From assembly GCA_048938895.1 (NCBI GenBank), contig JBHLLU010000072.1:1-16860 (forward strand): a stretch of 16,860 bases of DNA. The letters are read 5' to 3'. Below the pieces are notes generated by a model. That model was given only the letters and a program-made list of their open reading frames with translations, made no database searches and was not told the DNA's origin. The stretch's first letter is position 1; each line of letters begins with the position of its first letter. The stretch comes from Promethearchaeota archaeon. GTDB lineage: Archaea > Asgardarchaeota > Lokiarchaeia > Sigyniarchaeales > SOKP01. Shown here piece by piece: positions 6,572 through 13,452 of this stretch. The position numbers were made by a program, and so were the translations under genes.

Positions 6572-7669
6572 TTATCCTTGATTAATAAATGCTGCTTTTC
6601 TCATAACTTTTTCATTTGAGAATTTTGTTAATAGACTGTTTATCTCATTTAACTGTTGAGCATTAACTTTTAAAGATTTGATTGCTCCTGCATCGAGTAT
6701 CTTTCTAAAAAGATCATCCCCTTTCTTAGTACGGGTTATAACCGTTGTAAATTTATCAGGAGACCCTAAGCCGCCAAATGAAATGTCAGCATATATATTA
6801 GTAAAATCATTACAGGCATTACATGCAGATCGCATATAGTTATTTAATTTTTCAAAGGGAATATGAAGAGTCTTCCCATTCCTCAATTTTATGATTAAAT
6901 CTTCTTTAATATTGATTTTTTCAACATCTTCAAATTTGATTTTAAAATTATTTTCAAATTGTTCACTTTTAGCTTTATCAAAGAAGAAATTCTCATAACA
7001 AAATAAACCAAGGCACAAATCAATATTTTGTGAAGGAATTATTCCCAAATCTTGCATGCAGCGTATTGTATAAATTTGACAGGGTGTTCCCACAATTGCA
7101 AGCCTATCAAACTTAATTTTTTTCAACTCTGAGATGGAACTAGTGTATGTATGGAATTTTTGCACTTCTGTTACTTGGTGAGCTAAATCTAATCTAACTC
7201 CAGATGAATCAATTAGATCTTTTCTGTTCTTAGCAATACTAGACTCTCTCGAGAATGCAGTTTTAGTTTTTGCTACAATCGCTCCATCAATCATCTTTCT
7301 TTCTAATAAAAAATTAATGAATGTATTAACAACTCCTCCATCAATTCCACACTCCAGAAATTCTGGATCATTCGTTTGACAAATATAAAGATTTCTAATA
7401 TGACCTAAAGGCATCGATGAAAAATCTGAAAAATTATAAATCTCGTCAAGATCATCATCTAAAAAATGTGTTTGTGGACAAATTGCATAACAAATCCCGC
7501 ATTCAAGGCAGCTGTCTTCGTTCAAAAATTCTGGGGGGCCTCTAGAGGTTTTAAATCCAATTACTCCACTTTCAATAGCGTTACAAAAGCTTACACATCC
7601 CCCACATTCTTGGCAAATGCCTTTATTATGTACTTCTGTGATTAAATCTCTAAAGTTTTTAATAGTCAT
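6572..7669 (-). CDS. Coenzyme F420 hydrogenase/dehydrogenase beta-subunit family protein (FrhB/FdhB/FpoF-like) with N-terminal 2x[4Fe-4S] ferredoxin domain
   Basis: CQECGGCVSFC and CLECGICYAICP ferredoxin motifs, followed by the FrhB signatures DGGVV, IDGAIV, AIVGTPCQI, LGLFCYENF, CNACNDF...ADISFG and VITRTKKG. Confidence 0.92.
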   Translation of the reverse strand: MTIKNFRDLITEVHNKGICQECGGCVSFCNAIESGVIGFKTSRGPPEFLNEDSCLECGICYAICPQTHFLDDDLDEIYNFSDFSSMPLGHIRNLYICQTNDPEFLECGIDGGVVNTFINFLLERKMIDGAIVAKTKTAFSRESSIAKNRKDLIDSSGVRLDLAHQVTEVQKFHTYTSSISELKKIKFDRLAIVGTPCQIYTIRCMQDLGIIPSQNIDLCLGLFCYENFFFDKAKSEQFENNFKIKFEDVEKINIKEDLIIKLRNGKTLHIPFEKLNNYMRSACNACNDFTNIYADISFGGLGSPDKFTTVITRTKKGDDLFRKILDAGAIKSLKVNAQQLNEINSLLTKFSNEKVMRKAAFINQG

Positions 7670-7758
7670 TTAAAAAATTATCTAAATTTCCCAGTATTTT
7701 TTTGATTATATAAATAGTGTATTTAATTTATAGATTATGGACTCTGCTGTTATATGAA

Positions 7759-7795
7759 ATTTATAAAAATTGGTATTATTAGAATTTTTGTAAAT
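7759..7795. promoter_or_regulatory. Inverted repeat (13-bp arms, 11-nt spacer) in divergent promoter region; candidate operator
   Basis: ATTTATAAAAATT (7759-7771) matches the reverse complement of AATTTTTGTAAAT (7783-7795), which is ATTTACAAAAATT, at 12/13 positions. The AT-rich context lowers significance. Confidence 0.35.
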
Positions 7796-7839
7796 ATATA
7801 TATTTCTTTTTAACTTAATTTAATCTACCAAATCCAATT

Positions 7840-8058
7840 GTGAGTAAATTGAGAATAGAATTTGATGAAGCACTAGAGCTTTGTGAACAAGTTCGACTTG
7901 ATAATAAAAATAAACGACTTTCCTTTAACAAATTATGGTGTTGGGGCTGTTTAAAGTTCGCTAAAAGCCCTGATAAACGATGTTTCGCAAATGCAGAATA
8001 CGGAGCTAATACTGGCTGTGCACAAGTAAATAAATTGTACAAAAAATTAATGGAATAA
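7840..8058 (+). CDS. Small Cys-rich hypothetical protein (probable metal binding)
   Basis: 72 aa, GTG start, five Cys in the pattern ALELC...WCWGC...KRCF...GCAQVN. It has protein-like composition, fills an otherwise empty gap, and is divergent from the FrhB-like gene. Confidence 0.7.
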   Translation: MSKLRIEFDEALELCEQVRLDNKNKRLSFNKLWCWGCLKFAKSPDKRCFANAEYGANTGCAQVNKLYKKLME

Positions 8059-8085
8059 AGCTATAATTATGAACTCAAGCCGTAC

Positions 8086-8129
8086 AATTATGTCAAATTG
8101 AAATGTATATAAAGTCAATTAACATAATT
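8086..8129. promoter_or_regulatory. Imperfect inverted repeat bracketing a TATA-like box
   Basis: AATTATGT (8086-8093)/ACATAATT (8122-8129) and AATTGA (8096-8101)/TCAATT (8115-8120) flank TGTATATAAA (8104-8113), about 50 nt upstream of ATG 8162. Confidence 0.35.
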
Positions 8130-8195
8130 CTTATAAGAATCCATTATTAGAGGGAAGTAAAATGAATGAATTAAGTAAGGTAGATGATGTAATTT

Positions 8196-8423
8196 ATGTA
8201 TTTCAGAGAACAAGAACGACAATTACTTAGAAATATTGATGGAGAGCTCAAGAATCCTCATCCATCTAAAGAACGTATTATAAATTGTTTATATGATTTA
8301 CGCACTAAAGAGAATTTCCAAGATCTTTCTGATTCAAAATTCTATAATATTTTCTTTCTACTAGGTACAATTTGTATTATAACAGTTATCTTGAGTAAAA
8401 AATTCAAAAGTTTGAAAGTATAA
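8196..8423 (+). CDS. Hypothetical small protein with C-terminal hydrophobic segment; possibly frameshifted (true start 8162)
   Basis: 75 aa ending IFFLLGTICIITVILSKKFK, which looks like a TM segment plus basic tail. There is no RBS before 8196, whereas GAGGGA-6nt-ATG lies at 8150-8164 in another frame. Confidence 0.45.
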   Translation: MYFREQERQLLRNIDGELKNPHPSKERIINCLYDLRTKENFQDLSDSKFYNIFFLLGTICIITVILSKKFKSLKV

Positions 8424-8475
8424 TATTATATTTAAAGAATTTTTAAAATTATCACAAAAAAAGAGCGAAAAGAAA

Positions 8476-9552
8476 ATGAAATTAGAAATTAAAAAAAAAA
8501 TAATAATCTTATTCACTTTGGGTATCTTTTTCGTGTTTTCACCTATAATTACTGGAGTGCTTAGTTTCCCTAAGAATACCTCACACAATTGTCTAGAGCT
8601 TAAAGATAATGTTTGTATCAGCAATGAAGATTTAAAAATCTCAGAAAAGATCCATATAAATAATAATTGGACCGATGCTAAAGCAGCGGGAATCTGTACG
8701 GGTAATGGGACTTATTCTGCTCCCTATATTATAGAGAATCTGATAATAGATGGAAGAGGTTTTGGAAGTTGTATTTTAATCGAACATTCTACTGCCGTAT
8801 TCATGATTCAAAACTGTGTTTTATTTAACTCAACAGGACAATGGGACGCTGGAATTCTACTGAATTATGTCAATAATGGGTTCTGTATTGATAATGATTG
8901 TTCTTCTAATTATTATGGGATTCGGCTAAGATTTTGCTATGATTCGGTAATTGCTAATAACTCTCTAGAAAAAAATATTGATGGGATATACTACGAATAT
9001 GGAGCTAATAATACTATTTCAGGTAATAAAATAAGATCTAACAATCAAGATGGAATAGATATAAGTGTTGGATTTTATAGTCAGATATCCAAAAATAGTA
9101 TAATCGATAATGGTAATAGAGGAATATTTTTAGTTAGTGTACTTTGCCATGATAACAACATTACAGATAACTTAATTAAAAGGAATGGTTTTGATTTTGG
9201 GATGGAAGGATTGTATATATTAGATGGTGTCTTTAATTTTATCTACCACAATTGTTTTGTTCGTAATTATTTAAATGCTCATGATAGAGGATCGAATAAC
9301 AGTTGGGATAGCGGAGTGATGGGGAATTATTGGAACAATTACACAGGCTCTGATGAAAATCATGACGGTATTGGTGATATATCCTATAATATAATTGGTT
9401 CTGCGGGAAGCAAGGATAATTTTCCGTTAATGAAATGTCCGTTTTCAATAATAGATGATAAAGCAATTTTCAGTTATGATCTCATATTTCTAATCGGAGT
9501 ATTATCTGTTGTATCATTTATTCTAATTAAAAAACGCAAGGATGTGTTATAA
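8476..9552 (+). CDS. Secreted/cell-surface right-handed parallel beta-helix protein (NosD/CASH-like) with Loki-CTERM-like C-terminal anchor
   Basis: N-terminal basic plus hydrophobic signal (MKLEIKKKIIILFTLGIFFVFSPII); GNGT...PYIIENLIID; repeated GIxL...NxIxxNxIxxN units; GNYWNNYTGSDENHDGIGD (Ca-binding-like). The C-terminus AIFSYDLIFLIGVLSVVSFILIKKRK is motif + TM + basic tail. Many N-x-S/T sequons. Confidence 0.88.
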   Translation: MKLEIKKKIIILFTLGIFFVFSPIITGVLSFPKNTSHNCLELKDNVCISNEDLKISEKIHINNNWTDAKAAGICTGNGTYSAPYIIENLIIDGRGFGSCILIEHSTAVFMIQNCVLFNSTGQWDAGILLNYVNNGFCIDNDCSSNYYGIRLRFCYDSVIANNSLEKNIDGIYYEYGANNTISGNKIRSNNQDGIDISVGFYSQISKNSIIDNGNRGIFLVSVLCHDNNITDNLIKRNGFDFGMEGLYILDGVFNFIYHNCFVRNYLNAHDRGSNNSWDSGVMGNYWNNYTGSDENHDGIGDISYNIIGSAGSKDNFPLMKCPFSIIDDKAIFSYDLIFLIGVLSVVSFILIKKRKDVL

Positions 9553-9567
9553 TTAGCAATAAAGCAA

Positions 9568-9574
9568 TTTTTTT
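9568..9574 (+). terminator. Putative oligo(T) terminator
   Basis: T7 tract about 15 nt after the stop at 9552. Confidence 0.35.
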
Positions 9575-9618
9575 AATTCAATTATATAAGTTTAAAGAAG
9601 ATTTGATTAATTACAATC

Positions 9619-10515
9619 ATGAAAGAAGATTCTGCTTTATTATTGAAGAAATCTTATGAAAAAGGTGAGAAGATAAGTACAGAAGAAACTCAAAAAATGC
9701 TTAAGCAATCAGATCTTATAAAAATGCTTTTAGAACCACCTAAACGTCCTCCTACTACATTTGTGGGCATTCGTGCCCTCGAATGGCGCTTATTAGAACT
9801 TTCAGAAATACCATTTTCATATACCTTAAACGAAGTACAAAATTGGATTAAAATTCTCGTAGAAAAGTCATTTATACAAGAAGGCTTTTCCTTGGAAGGG
9901 ACTAAAGACAATTTACTTGCATGCCACAATTCACTGATAACTACAATCCTTTTAAAGATGCCATATGACGATAAAGAAAAAATCGATGCAGGGATAGATT
10001 GGATATTAAAATATCAATCAATTGAGAGGGGAAAAGAATGCACTTGGCCAGGTAAAGACCTTTACACTAGGTTTGGGGGTTGCATGAAAAAAATTCCTTG
10101 TTATTATGGCGTAATCAAGGCCATGATCACACTTACTGAGTATAAGAAACGGTATGGTGACTCTGATGAGCTCAATAACAAACTTTCACAAGGATTAGAA
10201 TATATCCTAAAACATAGAGTGTTTATGAAATTATCTTCAGATAATCCGATAGAAGATTCAATTATCTTAAATTTTTACCCTTATACCTATAGATCGAACA
10301 TAATAGAAATATTATCATTACTTAAAGCAAATAATTTACTTAGAGATGAACGCTGTAATGATGCTTTAAAGATTTTAAAAAAAAAACAACGATCTGATGG
10401 ATACTGGCAGGCCGATACTTCTTACATGAAATCTACATGGATAGATTTCGATATACCTAAGAAACCGGGATTATGGATAACATTCATAATAAAAAAACTA
10501 TTTACATCCAAATAA
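9619..10515 (+). CDS. Conserved hypothetical protein, terpenoid cyclase/prenyltransferase-like alpha-alpha barrel superfamily
   Basis: PFTB/squalene-cyclase-like repeats IDAGIDWILKYQ, LSQGLEYILKH and DALKILKKKQRSDGYW. Family-like motifs LACH, GGCM...PCYYG..K, YPYTYRSNIIEIL, DER and KPGLWIT. No DxDD cyclase motif. Confidence 0.65.
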   Translation: MKEDSALLLKKSYEKGEKISTEETQKMLKQSDLIKMLLEPPKRPPTTFVGIRALEWRLLELSEIPFSYTLNEVQNWIKILVEKSFIQEGFSLEGTKDNLLACHNSLITTILLKMPYDDKEKIDAGIDWILKYQSIERGKECTWPGKDLYTRFGGCMKKIPCYYGVIKAMITLTEYKKRYGDSDELNNKLSQGLEYILKHRVFMKLSSDNPIEDSIILNFYPYTYRSNIIEILSLLKANNLLRDERCNDALKILKKKQRSDGYWQADTSYMKSTWIDFDIPKKPGLWITFIIKKLFTSK

Positions 10516-10578
10516 TAATATTAAAATTACAAATTATCAAATTTAGTAATAATTCGAAATCCCATCAGAATTAACGGA

Positions 10579-11421
10579 GTGATTAGAATTCCAATATTCA
10601 TAAAAAATGGTATCAAAATCAATTATGTAGAACAAGGAGAGGGTGAACCTCTCGTATTAGTTCAGGGATATTGCTGTAAATTAGAGAGTTGGAATTATCA
10701 AATATCGTTTTTTAGCAAGAAAATGAAGGTTATTGCATTAGATCTTCGAGGTTTAGGGAAGAGTTCAAGAACAGATGATTCTTATACGATACACACCTTT
10801 GTAGAGGATATTAAAGATCTATTGGAGTATTTAAATATAAAAGAACGAATCCATCTATGTGGTTTTAGTAATGGAGGGACCATTGTTGAATCATTTGTGC
10901 TAAAATATCCAAATTTAGTAAAAACTCTCATGCTTTTTGGAACTGCTGCAGATATTCCTGATGAGGAATATGAACAACAGCTTAAATTGCTCGATCAGAA
11001 TTTTAAAGAATATACGCCAGAGCAGTTGATCGATATTACACTTCCTATTATGTTCTCAACTTCATTTCGGAGGAAATTAAGGAAAGATGAAAAACTATTT
11101 GAATTATACAAAAACGACATGGGTTTAGTTGCTCACTTGAGGGATCCTCCGCGATACCAGGATTATGTCAACCATTGGAAAGCGATTAAGAATTTTGACG
11201 TTCGAAAGTTATTACCTTCAATTACTCAACCAACACTAATACTTGTTGGTTCTAAAGATCAAGGCAACTTGATGGCATCCAAAGATATGCATGAAAAAAT
11301 AAAAAATTCCACTATGGAAGTACTTGAGGGAATCGGACATGGTTTAATAATCGAAGCACCAGAAAAAACTAACGAACTAATGTGGAATTTCATAAAAGGA
11401 CATTTAGATCAAAAAACATAA
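10579..11421 (+). CDS. Alpha/beta fold hydrolase (enol-lactonase/MenH-like)
   Basis: NGIKINY..QGEGEPLVLVQG, ALDLRGLGKS, nucleophile GFSNGG (GxSxG), PTLILVGSKD (acid) and GIGHG (His) give a complete triad. The start may be ATT 10588 (see findings). Confidence 0.93.
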   Translation: MIRIPIFIKNGIKINYVEQGEGEPLVLVQGYCCKLESWNYQISFFSKKMKVIALDLRGLGKSSRTDDSYTIHTFVEDIKDLLEYLNIKERIHLCGFSNGGTIVESFVLKYPNLVKTLMLFGTAADIPDEEYEQQLKLLDQNFKEYTPEQLIDITLPIMFSTSFRRKLRKDEKLFELYKNDMGLVAHLRDPPRYQDYVNHWKAIKNFDVRKLLPSITQPTLILVGSKDQGNLMASKDMHEKIKNSTMEVLEGIGHGLIIEAPEKTNELMWNFIKGHLDQKT

Positions 11422-11432
11422 TTTTAGTGACA

Positions 11433-11439
11433 TTTTTTT
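11433..11439 (+). terminator. Putative oligo(T) terminator
   Basis: T7 tract about 12 nt after the stop at 11421. Confidence 0.35.
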
Positions 11440-11464
11440 AAATAAAACAGCATTTCTTTATTGA

Positions 11465-12757
11465 ATGAACGTTCCTGCAATACTTTTGATCTTAATTTTG
11501 TTTGCTATTCTGATGGCTTTCTTTTCACAAAATAAGATCGATTATTTTCCTATTGCATTAATTATAGGAGCAGTTGCAGTGGTTTCAATGCTCATTATTG
11601 GTGTGAAAGAACAAGAGATTCTTGGATTTATCAATTTTAGCACCTTAATCTTCATATTTGCTATTCAAATTATCATTTTTTATGCAACAGATGACCATGT
11701 ATTAGAATATGTAGCCATTAAAGTAATACATCTAACAAAAGGGAATAATAGATTATTCTTCTATATCATTTGTTTATTTACTGGGATAATCGTAGCGTTC
11801 ATAGAGGATCTTACCTTATCGTTAATTTTAGTTCCGTTGATATTCCGAACTTGCAGAGTATTAAAGATACCTGCAGGAACCTATATGATGGGAATGACAA
11901 TTACTATAAATATTGGGGCAATTCTTACGCCAATCTCAAGTTTAAAGAACTTGATAATTGGAGAAGAATTTGGATGGGGATTTGGCGAGTATTTCGCAAA
12001 TATGGGAATTTTGTTTGCGATAGCATTAATATCTACCATTTATTTGATGGATAGATTAATAATTAGGAAAGAACAGAAACCAACAGAGGAGGATAAGAAT
12101 ATCCTTTTATCAGTATTGGATCCAAGGATTTTAATAGAGAATAAAAAATATTTTTTAACGACAATCATCATTATCTTAGCCACATTTGCGTTGATGATCA
12201 TAGGATTAGATCCAGCCCTGGTTGCTATTATAGCAGCAGCTATTCTTCTTCTTATTCACTCTAAGAAATCAACTTTTGCAGAAATAAAAAATGAAATAAC
12301 CTGGAGAATCCTAATTATATTCGCGATTTTATTTATCCTATCGAATTCTCTAGCTAGTTTTGGATTTTCAGAATTGATCTCTTCAAGCTTAGCAGATTTG
12401 TCAGGTAATAACCTCTTTCTTGCAGTATTGATAACCCTAGGTCTTTCTTCTTTATTATCGGCATTCCTTGCAGGTACTCCAGTTACAATTATCCTTCTTC
12501 CAATAATTGCAAGTTTTATTGGTGAAGGCTTTTTTCCCAATCCCATCATAATTGCTTTCATAAGTGGGGTAAATATGGCGGGAAATTTCTTACCACAAGG
12601 TTCAGCATGCGATCTCCTTACACTTTCAATGGCAAGAAAATATAATGTAGTTAATTTAGATTATAAACGCTTATTAAAAAATGGATCTTTTTTCGCAACG
12701 ATTCATTTCCTAATAATCTTAGGGTATACTATGATTTACATTTTAATATTAGGTTAA
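11465..12757 (+). CDS. Ion-transporter (IT) superfamily permease (ArsB/NhaD/CitMHS/SLC13, P-protein-like)
   Basis: 430 aa with about 11-13 hydrophobic segments in two repeats, and family motifs AFIEDLT..LILVP, NIGAILTPIS..KNLII, LLSAFL...P...ILLPII and GVNMAGNFLPQGSA. Confidence 0.88.
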   Translation: MNVPAILLILILFAILMAFFSQNKIDYFPIALIIGAVAVVSMLIIGVKEQEILGFINFSTLIFIFAIQIIIFYATDDHVLEYVAIKVIHLTKGNNRLFFYIICLFTGIIVAFIEDLTLSLILVPLIFRTCRVLKIPAGTYMMGMTITINIGAILTPISSLKNLIIGEEFGWGFGEYFANMGILFAIALISTIYLMDRLIIRKEQKPTEEDKNILLSVLDPRILIENKKYFLTTIIIILATFALMIIGLDPALVAIIAAAILLLIHSKKSTFAEIKNEITWRILIIFAILFILSNSLASFGFSELISSSLADLSGNNLFLAVLITLGLSSLLSAFLAGTPVTIILLPIIASFIGEGFFPNPIIIAFISGVNMAGNFLPQGSACDLLTLSMARKYNVVNLDYKRLLKNGSFFATIHFLIILGYTMIYILILG

Positions 12758-12768
12758 GATCAAAAATG

Positions 12769-13299
12769 CTAAGAAATTGTTGACTTAATGTTACTTACCA
12801 TACTTTTCGTAAGGTCCAGAAATGCTTTTTCTACATTATCACCTGTTTTTGCAGAAGTTTCCTTATATAAACACTTTTCACTTTTTGCGTAATTTTCAGC
12901 TTCAGTTCTGTCTACTATTTGACCGATTTCAGGAATTAAGTCAGATTTATTTCCAATTATAACTTTAGGGATGTCCTTATTCATAATACTACGCATTTCT
13001 GATAACCACGTTTTCATGCCGGAATAAGTATGCTGTCTTGAGAGATCAAATACGATTAGAGCACCTTGAGCACCTTCAAAAAAGCTACGATGCAAGAATT
13101 TAAACCTTTCTTGCCCACCAATATCCCAAATGTGGAGTTTTGCGATTTTTGAAGGTTCATATTCAAGAGTTTTAGTTAAAAAATCAACCCCTATAGTCAT
13201 TTTATATTTTAATTCAAATTCATTATGGACGAACCGGTTTAATAAGCTGGTTTTACCAACTGCACTAGGACCGACAATAATTACTTTAAAGGCTTCCAT
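12769..13299 (-). CDS. Rab-like small GTPase (Ras superfamily)
   Basis: FKVIIVGPSAVGKTS (G1), TIGVDF (G2/RabF1), KLHIWDIGGQERF (RabF2/G3), FFEGAQGALIVFDLS (RabF4/F5-like), GNKSD (G4), ETSAKTG (G5). No C-terminal Cys or hypervariable tail. Confidence 0.95.
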   Translation of the reverse strand: MEAFKVIIVGPSAVGKTSLLNRFVHNEFELKYKMTIGVDFLTKTLEYEPSKIAKLHIWDIGGQERFKFLHRSFFEGAQGALIVFDLSRQHTYSGMKTWLSEMRSIMNKDIPKVIIGNKSDLIPEIGQIVDRTEAENYAKSEKCLYKETSAKTGDNVEKAFLDLTKSMVSNIKSTIS

Positions 13300-13452
13300 A
13301 TCACACTAACATCAGTTTTTTCCTTAGATCTATAATCATACATTATATTTTTAAATTTAATTAAAAGTGAATTAGTTGTTTTAATAAAAAGAGTTTTAAA
13401 GGAAAATTATCATTAATGGATTAAAATTTAATAATAAATCGGATATGATTTT

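Noticed and set aside
7815-8042. 75-aa - strand ORF
   Set aside because: Mirror of the + strand Cys-rich ORF, which has the more protein-like pattern.
4867-8058. Selenocysteine (UGA) read-through in the redox genes
   Set aside because: These ORFs end in TAA and their Cys motifs are complete, so no in-frame TGA needs recoding.
8800-9300. Apparent AAT/AATAAT repetitiveness
   Set aside because: Explained by Asn-ladder beta-helix coding, not a DNA repeat array.
8361-9929. - strand ORFs 8361..8624, 9239..9466 and 9690..9929
   Set aside because: Antisense to supported + strand genes. The hydrophobicity of 8361..8624 arises from A-rich intergenic DNA.
11770-12561. ORFs 11770..12054 (+, alternative frame) and 12256..12561 (-)
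   Set aside because: Nested in the transporter gene with no independent signals.
9619-13299. Idea that the prenyltransferase-fold protein lipidates the nearby Rab-like GTPase
   Set aside because: The GTPase has no C-terminal cysteine, the genes are not adjacent, and no alpha subunit or clear DxCY zinc motif is seen.
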